A DNA stretch of 55,283 bases, filler included, from Platydemus manokwari (lineage: Eukaryota): assembly GCA_037951405.1 (NCBI GenBank). It is 5 parts of 5 records of this genome, joined end to end, with 100 filler letters (N's around TTAATTAATTAA, not from the genome) between each part and the next. Parts side by side here need not be neighbours in the genome. Positions count along the whole stretch, not along the records: positions 31,062 to 42,621 come from JBBMOY010598882.1; positions 42,722 to 55,283 come from JBBMOY010082232.1; 3 more parts are not named here. The stretch is one strand, 5' to 3'. Positions 40,180-52,251 of this stretch are shown here, piece by piece. The position numbers and the translations under genes were made by a program. The notes under the pieces were generated by a model. It made no database searches, was not told where the DNA came from, and was given only the letters and a program-made list of their open reading frames with translations. The number at the start of each line of letters is the position of its first letter. Position 1 is the first letter of the stretch.

Positions 40180-40500
40180 ATTAATAGATTTTCTTTAAAC
40201 TCTTGATGTTTGTTATCCCCGGCTAATGTGAGTCAATTTATGATCGAATTCAATTTATGGGTTTGTTATTTTGAAGTATCTGATCAGGTAATAGCACGTG
40301 CGTTCATCTGGTTTGTGTGTATTGAACCCCTTAGAAGGTTATTTCAAGAACTTAGGTATCTTGTTTGTTTTTGTTAGACACTCAGCACAATATTAATCCT
40401 ATTAGTGACCTTGAATAAATTAGAATGGGGACTATTTAAAATTACAATTTCTAATATACCAAAGTATCTGATATTCTGAAGAACTTCAAATGATATATTT
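40180..40500 (-). mobile_element. Possible degenerate non-LTR RT C-terminal fragment
   Basis: NIRYFGILE resembles the YKYLGILE motif; downstream NARAI..IRYF resembles R4/Dong-type thumb; heavily decayed. Confidence 0.3.
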
Positions 40501-40911
40501 AATTTACTTTGTGGGATCTTGGAGAAATTATAATATTGCGAATAAATTTTGATTTTTGAATAAGTAGACATTAGAGTTCATGACGAAAATATGTTTTCTA
40601 GCAGCTTCTCAATATTAAAATTAAAACCTTAAATTGATAATAAAAACTCATAATACATAGTAAAATTGCAAAAAGACAATTCGACATCAATAAACAAATA
40701 ACTAATAAAAAATTCGACAAAGCAAAAAAATTTTATTCCAATATCTTATATTCACACAAAAAATGCCTAATATAATTGTGCTAAAAATATAACCATCAAT
40801 TAAAAACTATTAAACAGTAATCACTAGAATCATTAAAAAAATTATTTGAATTTTGGAGATCAAATGAAAGCCCATAAAATTTTCGCTTTGGATAGAGTGT
40901 ATATAGTTAGC

Positions 40912-41985
40912 CATGCAATAATGTACCAGAGTAGTGCCAAAGCTTGCCAATAATTTCGACATTTCAATCATGCACCACCACTTAGGACAACAGTGCAATA
41001 CTGGAAACAGAAATTTGAAGAAACTGGAAACTTAACCATTAGGTTGTGTTCAGGAAGACCTGATGAAATCATGAAGGAAACGGTTGTAAATTTTGTAAAG
41101 GAGAATGATGGCACAAATCAACGAGAAACTCGCTCGAGTGTGAATGACTTCACAAAATTCTGTTTACAGATATCTCAAAGAAAAAATAGAACCTTTCAAA
41201 TATTCTTTTAACCAAGCATTGGGAGAAGATTATCCCGATAGGATGGTTGAATTTTGTTCTTGGATAGTCAACAATGTCAATTTCCATAGAAAGATGTTCT
41301 CAGATGAAGCTTAATTTTATCAAAATGGTCTTCACGAAAAAACAATCTCTTTTATTACGCTAAAGAGGATGACCATCGTGTTATCTGTACCGCTTAAATC
41401 ACCTAGACTGACCGTTTCGGCGGCTATGTCATACTTTTTTGGTGTAACAATGAACAAAGAGCGGTATGTCACTGTTTTAAATCAAAGCTGTTGTGCTTCA
41501 TTGGAAATGACAATCAACATTGGTATCAACGCGATGCTGCCACGCATCACGACAATGGCTTGATAAACATTCTCTACGGGAGTGGATTGGTCGTACAAGA
41601 CTAAAAGAATGGCCACCAAGATATCCAGACCTCACGATATTGGATTTTTGGTTATGAAGATATATCAAAGATCGAGTTTATTCAATCCATAACAATTATA
41701 CAATGCTCAACGAACTTGAAGAAGCAATTTCAAATGAATTAATAAACATCAATCAAGAAGTCGTTTGTAAATGTTATTCAAGCTTCAGGAAACTATGCAA
41801 TCTCTATTTGGAGCAAGATAGTGAAGATTTTTGAACAGTTGCTATGAAATTGCTTATTATTTACCATTATTTGTTCTTACTGTTATTGTATTTAGCTGTG
41901 CATTCAAGTAACTCAATACTTTTAGTTTGTTCTTATTGTTGTTTTATTTTTGTTTTAGAGACAGAGACTTAAGAATCGCACGGTA
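40912..41985 (+). mobile_element. Tc1/mariner-superfamily element (rosa/DD41D-like), degenerate transposase
   Basis: W.QKFEETGNL...SGRP; FSDEA; QRDAATHH (QQDGAPxH); WIGR..EWPPRYPDLTILDFWL*RYIKDRVY; C-terminal FEQLL* (41847); right end ..CTTAAGAATCGCACGG followed by TA. Left TIR not found. Confidence 0.85.
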
Positions 41986-42084
41986 TATCGTAAGTATACA
42001 TAAGAAAATATTAATGAAATCATAATAAGGTGAATATCAAAAATATTATCTTGGATTTTATGAATGTCATTGGATAGAACTTAC

Positions 42085-42315
42085 AAGAACGATATGTGAT
42101 ATACATGTCTGTTGGATATCATCTTTGATTCTGGCTCCGGCCAATTTAAGTAGGCACTTTAAACGTTCAATTTCCGACAATTGAGTAACGGTGTAATTAA
42201 ATTGTGGTATGATGTAAAAATGAATATCACAGCCATTGAGAAAAATAAAATCTAGATCGTCGATTATAATATCATCAAGAAAAATTGATTTTTCATCAGA
42301 AGAAATAGCCGGTAC
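42085..42315 (-). CDS. Internal coding exon of a BRCT-domain gene (TopBP1-like)
   Basis: 231-bp phase 0/0 exon, acceptor ttttaatttag, donor gtaagt, no stops: VPAISSDEKSIFLDDIIIDDLDFIFLNGCDIHFYIIPQFNYTVTQLSEIERLKCLLKLAGARIKDDIQQTCISHIVL. Pattern FL.GC.I.F..L..LL..AGA.I..ISHIV fits BRCT beta1-alpha1-beta2-beta3. Not in the ORF track. Confidence 0.65.
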
Positions 42316-42621
42316 CTAAATTAAAACATAAAATGAACGTTTGTGGTTTTATTGACAATATTGACAATAAGTTAAGCGTTATTTGTATATCATTAGATAA
42401 TCAATAGTGAAGGTTATTTAATAAATTTGATAAGAAAAAGAAACCCATGTATATATTTGTGTGTGTGCCCTTGATTATGAAAGTGGCATAAGTCATATAT
42501 TTCTTGTTTGGAGATATTAAGAGATTTGCATGTTAAAGAATTAAAAAATATTTGTGTATTATGAAAAGATAATATTTTGACAATTAATTAGTGCCAGTAA
42601 ATCAGCATTTAATATGATTGT

Positions 42622-42721
42622 NNNNNNNNNNNNNNNNNNNNNNNNNNNNNNNNNNNNNNNNNNNNTTAATTAATTAANNNNNNNNNNNNNNNNNNNNNNN
42701 NNNNNNNNNNNNNNNNNNNNN
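42622..42721. other. Artificial scaffold spacer
   Basis: 44N + TTAATTAATTAA + 44N. Confidence 0.95.
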
Positions 42722-42844
42722 ACCTTCAGACCTTGATAACAAAGTAATTTCTGATTGAATTGCAGAAAATGTAATTGTCTGAAATAAAATTTTATTCATA
42801 AAAAATCTTAATAAAATCTTAATTTTTAACAGAAAAATTTGAAA

Positions 42845-42953
42845 ACTTAGGGGAGCGTTATACTTGGGTATGTCAAAAAAGACCAGTTTTTTAATTTGAA
42901 AACATAGGGGAGCATTATACTTGGGTAGGCATTATACTTGGATGATTACGGTA
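42845..42953 (+). mobile_element. Right end of a Tc2/pogo-like DNA transposon
   Basis: Three subterminal TTATACTTGG motifs ending ..GATTACGG followed by TA, resembling the CCGTA.. TIR class. Confidence 0.55.
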
Positions 42954-43172
42954 ATTATAAAATTTAAATTTAAAAACTCAAATAATCATATAAAATTGTT
43001 GTGATTAGAATGAGAACTTGGTTTTAAAACTATGTTTTGTCACTATTAGACACCTTAAAAGATGTGATATTAACTGAATTATACAAATAAATTAAAAGTA
43101 GTATTTATCTCATGCAAAAAAATTCATTACAACGAACGTAGGTCAAAGGACCTTTTTATTTAACTTAAGCCG
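42952..43172 (+). mobile_element. Dispersed non-coding repeat, copy C (5'-truncated)
   Basis: Matches ~5700-5911. Confidence 0.7.
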
Positions 43173-44399
43173 AAAATGTTTAAATTTGTAAGCCAAAATT
43201 AAGACGCAACACTTCAATTCAAAGTAAAGTCTTTAAAACGTCAGTGAAAACTAATATATGCACACTGTTTCGAAAATCGAAGATAAATTAACAATAGATA
43301 GAACTATCTTAAATATCTAACACACTTAAATAACCAATACAGGAACGGTATGATTTTCTAACTCGATAACGGTAACAATCACCAGTATGATTTTGGAATT
43401 GAATTGAATTTGTTTGTATCGCATTGTTTTATCGATGTCATTCTATTTCTAATTTGAAATTCCAATCTCAATTGTTACAAGCGAAAAGATCAAAATCAAA
43501 CTAAATTCCACAGAAATACAATTGTTTAACAGATTTAATACAATAAGATTTGTTGAGAAACTTATACATTCTGAATTGGTAAGCTGCAAGCTGTAAGCAA
43601 TAGATAAGAAATATTTTGGAGATTCATGTGTGAAGCAAATGAATGAAAGACAAATAAAGGATTTTATAACCAAGTTTATAGTAAAAAAAAGGACAAATAA
43701 ATAAAAATTATCTGAATTTATCAGTTTTTATGAAAAATCTTATTAGAATATTTTATTTAGAATGAAAGTCGTTAATGAATTTTTGAGAGGAGAAAGAAAT
43801 CAATTTAAACTCTCAGAGTGAGAGTAGAATTGTTATTAAGTATCGCATTTAATTTGTTACTTTCTACTGATTGATTTAATATCAACTTCCATCTATTGAA
43901 TTAATTATATGAATGTAGTGATTGATTTGATTATCCACCAAAATGGCTAATATGGTCAAGATTCTCATGATGTAAAAATATTGAATTCGACAACAAAACT
44001 TAGTGGCTAAAATATACCTAAATCATATTTAACTTACTATTCAAAGGGAGTAACACAAATCTAGTATAATAGTATAAATGGTTATAAAATCTATATATGA
44101 TGAGTAGAAAATTATGATAATCAATAAAAATAAATATAATTTGTTGTGTATTCCAATTTCAAATCCAAAATGTGATAACAAATGCTATTTATTTATTAAA
44201 AATTTCATAAGGAAAACCGAAATGAATTCCAGGATCATGTGTAGATCAGACAATCATTTGATTTGATGAATCAGAAAAACGGATGATTTATATTATTCAG
44301 CATCAATTAAGATCAAATCCTTATATAAATATTGCATCAAGCAATGATACAAGCAATGAAAACTACAAGTGAATTAGAATGATAAATGTAAATTTGGAA

Positions 44400-45240
44400 A
44401 CTGAAATTCTGTGTTGGGGCTATTAATCAGTTGACAAATCTGGTTTGATCCGTTGCAGCGATTGCCGTTGTAGCGATTGCCGTTGTAGCGGATGTAAGCA
44501 TTTGTGTGAGATCGGCTACTTCGGTTTCATTTAGTTTGATAGCTTCGATAAGTATTTGGTTCTTTTGAGGAAAATTGGTTGATTGTGATGATATTTTTCG
44601 GAGCAGAATGAGGTTCGAAATTGTTTAATTGGTGTCATTTCTGAGTTGAGGTATCACTGGAGCGAAGAAAACTGGTGAGTTGTTTGCGTAATCCAGTATG
44701 CGCTGAATGACAAATAGTCCGCAGTATGGTGAGTTCAGTTGCATTGGTAAGTCTTGTAGAGTTGATTGTGTCAAATTGATGGGCTCCTTGACGGCTATTA
44801 GATTATAGAGGATGGAGTCCAGCTTGTTCCACATCGATTTTTGAGCAGGAGGTGCGTCGTTGACGGGTCGATAAAGAATGTATTTTATTTGTTGCGATCC
44901 GCGATGTAAAGATTCCAATGGGAGTTATTCCAGTAAATTAACCAAAAGGCACATCTCCAAGCTTCTAGTTTTTGGAAAGGAAATGGCTTGTAAAATGAAT
45001 CATAATCTTTGTTCTGAATCACCGTGGCAGGTTGTGGTTTGATGAAAACGTTGGAGTTTGTTGGTCAGGTAGGCTTCTATTGCGGCACTCGATAGTCATT
45101 GTGATGTCAGGTCCTCGGTGGTCAAATGGAGTGCATCGATGTCAGTGGAGTGCGCTGAGCTGGTTGGAAGTGGTTTGTGACATTGATGGTTCACAATTAT
45201 CAGCTCGGCACATTGGAAATTGTAATTTATAGCTTAACCT
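44400..45240 (-). mobile_element. Ulp1/SENP-like (C48) cysteine protease remnant, probably from a NeSL-group retroelement
   Basis: Across frameshifts: Q*LSSAAIEAYLT (WL...I..YL), IYWNNSHWNLYIAD..FFIDPS (catalytic H, D), LPMQLNSPYCGLFV (Q..C). Intronless, C/A-rich coding strand; 15-bp tandem repeat at ~44450-44490. Confidence 0.7.
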
Positions 45241-46174
45241 CTCGAAAATTGGACAATCTGATCATTGAAAGTCGATAGCAAAACAAATAGGACACAAAAA
45301 TTGGCAAGTACATCAAAAATGGAGAAGTTTTTATATGTACTCGAAAAAGCATATAAAGTTCTAATCAACAGAAAACAAAATAATTGCTTACCAGAACTCG
45401 TTGCGTGAGCTTGAGAGTGTTAATTATTTAAAAAAAAATAACATGGAATCACCTAATATGCTGGTGAATGCTTCTTAATAAATCTGAAAGTTAGCTCCGA
45501 AAAATAATATGAATACCTAAGCAATACCATGGTCTTTGCAGTACCAAAAATAAAACCGGATCGAGTACAAAAACTTTGTTAAAAGTAACGGTTTTGTTTT
45601 GATATAAAAGGTAAATAAACAGCACATCAGTATTATCGTTGTTATAGTAATAATATTACTATCCCACTTAATTATTATTGCATCGCATACAAATGTATGA
45701 CCTAAGGGTCCGGGTCTTCTCGTTGTATAGAAATGCATACGGTTGCAGTTCTCAATAAGAGATGCAATTAATATCCTAATCAACGAATCAATGATTCAGA
45801 AATGATTTCTAACACTCGAATGATAAGATGATTTAAATTTTTTGAAAGTGATTACGGTGGAATAAAATTTTAAAAAATCTCTATTTTCCAATAGAATACT
45901 TGGAAAAAATGTATATTATTTCTCCCAATTCTCTGGAGATATTAATTTTTCCATACAGAAAATAAGAAAAATGACAGAACTACTAAATTACCAACGTATT
46001 GAAATCTATTTTTCCATTTGTTGAAGCGAATTAATTCCATTGATTTCTATAACAAAGTGATAATCTAATCCATAAATCAAACTTAGATTGTCTATTTTTA
46101 TCTATGGATTTGACTTCTTCGAAGAATATGTCCCATTATTGCCCTATTATAATCCAACAGTAAAATATTGTCGC

Positions 46175-46715
46175 TGTTAGAATATTAAATTGAATCAAAT
46201 TTGAAAAAGATTTAATTTTATATAAAATTATATTAATTTGTTTTTATAATTGTGTTTAAGTACAAATTTCGGTGTTGTTGCCTTTCAGTATGTTTTCGAT
46301 GCGTGTTTTATAAAATAGTAGCGGTTTATATGGTGACCATGCATCTGGATTCGACTCTGATAAGATCAACGACTGAAAACTATGGAAAAGAAGGAGGCAG
46401 GCACTGAGACCATGTACAGAATATATAAAGAAGATGCTGAGAAGATATAAATAAGATTTAGAGAAAATATGAAAAAAAATAGAAGAATTAGAGATGTAGA
46501 GAATTCGATACAATGTCAATTAATAATACAAAGAAAATTAAAGATTTTAAAGAGATTGAGATGTGAGAATTTTAAATTGAATGAAAATTTTAAAGAATTA
46601 ATTTTACATAAAATTATACTAATTTGTTTATATAATGGTATTTGAATACATAATTTGGTGTCGTGTCTTTCAGTTAGTTTTCGATGCGTGTTTTATACAA
46701 TAGTAACGACTTATA
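46175..46715 (+). mobile_element. TRIM-like miniature LTR element (541 bp)
   Basis: Direct repeats 46175-46330 and 46562-46715, both starting TGT; PBS TGGTGACCATG at 46331; purine-rich tract before the second repeat; TSD GTCGC/GTCAC; no recognisable coding content. Confidence 0.85.
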
Positions 46716-48162
46716 GTCACAGTCACATTAGAACCTCATATTGATTTACTTTCGCGAATTCATGAAAATTTTACTGAAATAGTGCAAGTCATTGAAATCA
46801 TATCAACTATTAATTTGTAATCAAAAATTATCAAATTAAAGTTTTAAATTTTCAAAATAATTGGTCTTATAAATTTTTAAATAATCATGCTTTTCGCGGT
46901 CTTTTCTTTTTTCTCATAACATCCACCGAGGAAAAAGATTGAATAAACAAGTTCCGTTCATGCTGCATAGTTTTTGATTAATTTAAATATGTGAAGTTAT
47001 TTTGCTCTTTTATAATGTAAATCAAAATATAATATACAATAAGATTTTTCTGTTCATGTCAATAATATCTATGTATCGGTATTTAAAATCCCATAATGTC
47101 ATATTTGGTATGTAATATTCAAGATCAAAAGTAAATAATCTAATGAAACGTACAGTGCGGAAATTTGGAAATAGATAAAATCGTTTGATAATCACTTGAA
47201 TTAAGGAGTAATTTTATGATGAAATGTAGAAACCGTGAAATGTGCTCATGCAGATGACCTATGTCTGGAATGAATAAGGTTAATGAAGGGTGAAATAGAT
47301 AAATAAAAGACCCGATATAATACAAGCCAGGTTTAATAAAAGAGATATAATTTTGAACAATAAAACAACTAGTTTCGTTGTTAGACAAAGTACGATAAAT
47401 AAGTGCTTGTCTCAACCAAATATTTATACTCGCTATTAATAATAATAGATGTATTTTATAATTTTTCTTTTTAAATATAGATTTCTATATTGTTTTACGC
47501 TTGTTTGGTTTTAACTTTGCTAAATGATTACACTTATTTTCAACTTTTAATTTGGAGATAAAATGATAACACAAATATCACTTTTAATCTGGTTTCCGAA
47601 TTTTAATGTTTTATTTACCGATTTTAGTTTAAACTCTAAGGGAGTTAATGTATATCAGATTGTTCAATGATTCGTTGAAAAACATATTTCACAACTTTCG
47701 ATAAATTGCTTTGTGTCAATATTAGTTCTTGTTCATTTTATTACTGTAGGTCAAAATTTGTATTTCACTTCTTCTAAACATTCGTCTAATAAGAAAATGT
47801 GTGTATATATAGTCATAAGAGGAGTGAGTATGAAAAAAACCACAGGAGACTTTAAAACCACTCTTTAAACTTTAACACAATCAAGACCATACACACATGC
47901 ACTTCAACTAATCAGAAGCCAGGTGAACTGCAATTATTCTTGATGAATACACATACTTACATGAAGTGACATACAACCCAATAAACTTTTCCAATATAAA
48001 ACACCAACGGAAGTCTAAAACGCTTTACACTCTTGCAACTGGAAGTTGAAATTCTAAAATATATTAGGCTAAAAATTAATCTAAATATATCATACAAAAG
48101 ATATCGCAATGGAATAATTAGCGAATATAAGATACAATGAGAAAAGCACATTTTAATATCAC

Positions 48163-48260
48163 AATTCAATTTTAAATCAAATTCAATATAAAATTAAATT
48201 CAATATAAAACTCAATTCAATATAAATTAAATTCTATACTAATTTAAATTGAATTTAATT
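48163..48260. repeat. ~17-bp AT-rich minisatellite (AAATTCAATATAAAATT-like, about 5 copies)
   Basis: Direct reading. Confidence 0.7.
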
Positions 48261-49297
48261 TGATATTCTCACACTCATAAAAATTGAAAATAAGCCAGCG
48301 GCTACAATAAGCACCGTCTGTTAACTTATCAACTCCCTCATCGAAACATTACCTCTATTATGAGACACTCATGGCTTGCTGACAATGATGGTCACCTATT
48401 ATTTAAATTGTTTTCAAAAACACAATGAAAATATCCAAGAAAAATTTTCAAACCAAGTTATAAGATCAGAAAAATCCAAAATTCAATAATCAAACGCTAT
48501 TCATCTCCCAGCAATTACCATAGAAATAACGCCAATAGAATATGGAAATACAATTTTTATTTATTTTCAGTTGATTTCTTTAGTGGTTCGACAACCGAAA
48601 ATGAGAGTCATGGTCGAAATTGATTTATTGTTGGTACTATTAATTGGAATTAATCAATTTCTTTCAAGTCAGAATTTTCACTTTGTATTCGTCTATATAT
48701 TTTATATTTCTCTAAATATTTGCAGCGGTATATTTTTGCATAAAATATCTCTGAATTATAAGATTGGAATTCTTAGAAATGTTTTTAATATTAATTCGAA
48801 AGGAATTAAATGGACAACACTAGGAAATTGATGAAATTAGAAAACCACAATGGATGCAATATTGGAAAAGAGTATTTATGTAACAGAAGATTTTTAAAAA
48901 AAATGCTTTAAAGCATTTATTAAGAAATGAATAAATGAATCGTTTGTCTTATAAAAAATATTGTTTATCAGCAATAATTGGTAATATGCATTTTATTTTT
49001 ATTGTCTAGGGCTGTAGATTCCACGTGTGATCGTTAATATTTGCCTACAGTCATCCTTAACTCATCGAATAATCAATTCTGCTAGATTTTTTCAACCGAA
49101 TCATTTGACTAGTAAAATTGCTTCTCTTTTAAATATGAAGGTTAAAATCGTATTGTGTGCAAATAGATTTTGCTGTTCTGGTGCTTGCTTATTTTGATTG
49201 AAATTATTTGAATGGATTATAGATTTGGTGATGAGTATGAAAAAATCAACATTGAATTATTGTAGTCGATGATTCCACCCAAGATCTGACACTGTTA

Positions 49298-52251
49298 AAT
49301 ACTGTTAAATTGTCAATCGTTGAAATGTTATCCAAACTTCTATCTCAATTTCTAAACAATACCAAATCAAACAAACTACCAAATTTCGACTTCATTTGGC
49401 AAACAAACCACCAGAGTTCCAAAATTTGCTCAAAATTCACCACTCAGTCCAAGATGTCACCGATTCAATGAACTCTAATTCTGTACATTCTCATTCCGGA
49501 TACTTGGAATCTATGCAACTCAGCCAAGAAGAGAAAAAGTGACCCTAACCTCAGCAACTTCTCATTACTCATCAACTATCTAGATGCTCTCTCTTGTGCT
49601 TGCCCTGATTGGTAGCAATATGCCAAGACACTTAATCACCTCTTTTAACCTGATCAAGTTTATGTCAAGCAGTTCAAATGTACCAAAAAATAACCCAAAA
49701 TAAACAAGCACCGAAAACTGAACAAACTCCATTCTCTTTTGGACTGGAAATCTTATCAATATATAAAAAATCACATGAAAACCTTTTCTAGCCTACCGAT
49801 TTTTACTGCTCAAAATCCATACCGTTCTCTAAGAAAGCCTGTTCGGCTATCTCTAGCAACTCGTCGAGGAAAAAAGTGGGTTTTAAATGGAAGAACTTCA
49901 ACATCCAGTTTGCAATAAATTTAATTACCCAAAATCAATATAACACGCACTCTGAATCGCCCTCACTAGACACAGCTCAATCGATTAGAAAATTAGCTAA
50001 CTGAGTTTCACCGGGTATCAATAATCAATCAATCAAAATCTGCTCAAGATACAATACTCGTAGAAAACTTATGCCATACCACTTTCCTCTCCAACCGACT
50101 TCGAACAAGCTTCCAATCATACTCCAACTCCATACAAAGTTGCCTCTTTGTACTATATCGACATCGATGATGTGACTCTCACTTAAGCCACAATTGATAC
50201 TTCCTACAATGAAGAAGAATCAGATGATGAACTTCAACGAAACAGATCAACCTACAGTATCCAAACCGATCACATTTCTCTCAACCAATTTGTATCAAAA
50301 CTATATGACGAGTCTCCAACAACCTCGTCATTCATGTCTCTAATCGATGATAGTAATGCTCAATGCAACTAATGTTCAAAGAATTGAGAATTGTCGCTTT
50401 TCGTTTGCCAACACATCAATTGTACCGAAACGCTTCTTACAAAACCACGATGTCAATTTGCCATTTGAATTTTCTGTCCAATGTCACTGTAGTTTCATCG
50501 GTGCAGTAAAACCCTTTAAGTTGCATCTGGACCAACACAAACCTGAAAACCTACAAATGAACAAAAACTAGTTAATTACCCGCATTCCTTTAACCAAAGA
50601 AAATCTTCAGACAATTTTCCACTTTAACATACGAAGATGATGCCCTCATCATAGCTAACTCCGGTGAAAATCTTGCACAGACTCAATCACGTGATTCAAA
50701 ATTACCAAGACACTGACATTCACCTTGTCACCAATATTCCAAATTTTAGTTCTTATTGCAAAAATCAAATGAGTCATATTGACCTCACAATATTCTAAGA
50801 AACGGTTCATGTTATTGACAACACAAACCTCTACAAGTACTGGGAGTTCCATTTGGCCTTCCAAAGCAAACACCGGTGACCAACATACTTCAAACGATCA
50901 TATCAGACTTCGAAGCCATTGTAAAGTCTCGACTGCATTCCTCTCAGAAGTTTCAAGCATACAGTGCCTGCACTCAAGGCTCCCGTTCTACTTCAGAATT
51001 CAACTGGTTGCTAAGTACTAAACTTGATTATCGCACTCTGATTACTAATTAAGACAACAAAAGCGGCTGAATCCTTCGACAAAAAGATGCGATGAATTTC
51101 TCGTAAAATGTTGAATTTGTAAGGCTCAAAATTCATTAACAAATGCTGGAACAAATTCAGATTTCTAAAAAGTTCGAACCATTAAATCAGATCATTCATC
51201 ATAAAACGCTTAACCAACCTGACCAAGTACAGACTTAACGATGCCACCGATTTATCAAGTACACCGCTGTGGATATCGAACAAAATTGCATCTGTTGAAA
51301 ATATCAACTTCCACAACCTGGTGAACCAAAACAGGATCTGTTGCCAGAAAATTCAGGAAACTTCAAATTGATTGTAAATTCAATTATCACAATGATCAAA
51401 TCGAACAAAAAGTCACTGTCTTCAAAGATATACTTTATCTCAGAAGATAGCCGTGTCAAAGTCTCAGATATTCCATGTCATTCTTCACCATTGGTGCACA
51501 ATGAAAAAACAAAGAAAGTTAATCCATTGTTTTTCCGCTTCTCGTCTATCCCAAAACTCATTAAAAACTTCTATTCATCACCGGAAGCTGAAACATTCGC
51601 CCACCGCACGCGCAATAACATCTTATTGCTCAATTACATACCGTATTTAATCAAGGCAAACAAAGAACAAGAAACTGATTCTCATATTTTTTATCCACTT
51701 CCACGCTGTTCCAAGACTAGCTTTATACGATAATTTCTGATCATTTAGGAAATTACTCGGAACCTACTAGCAAACTTCAACCGGGATTGGTGATTCGAAA
51801 CCAACACAAACGTCAAGTCCACATCGATGACTTCCAAATTCCTTTCGAGAAGTGCCACAACTTCGACCATCATCAATTCCTCAGTCACAAAAATTACAGA
51901 ACCATGATCTAGAAGATCTGCAGGAAAACCAGATTTGAAAGTCACTTTGATGTTATTTGCATCGCTATACTTTGGTCTTGGGGTTCTAGCGAACATCGGA
52001 CTCGAAAAGAAGAAAATTAAGTTTACCCTCAGGTGGCTAATAACGGCATTGCTCAGACATTCCAAAGCGACTTAAAAGACTGAAGTGGACCAGCGGAAAC
52101 CAAAAAATGTCTGTTGGGATCGAGTACTAACAGAGTTATTCAGCACTGTTGCAAAGCAATTGAGAATACTTCAAATTGAGAGATCTCGAACCAGAATTTA
52201 GATACATTGGTCTTAAAAATTCAATTTAAAATTCGTATTACCCTGTCGTGA
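49298..52251 (+). mobile_element. Degenerate RLE-type non-LTR retrotransposon (NeSL/R5/R2-like)
   Basis: C/A-rich strand; zinc-finger-like remnants ~50390-50540; RT end YKY(L)GVPFG ~50830; thumb LHSSQKFQAY..LHSRLPFYFR; FAHRTRNNIL..EQETDSHIF (R2-type knuckle region); KPDL endonuclease motif ~51925. Most of the RT core appears deleted. Boundaries rest on a candidate TSD ACACTGTTA (49289, 52252). Confidence 0.75.

Noticed and set aside
43449-43673. SPKYFLSIAY resembling a BRCT helix motif
   Set aside because: No following W motif and no convincing splice sites.
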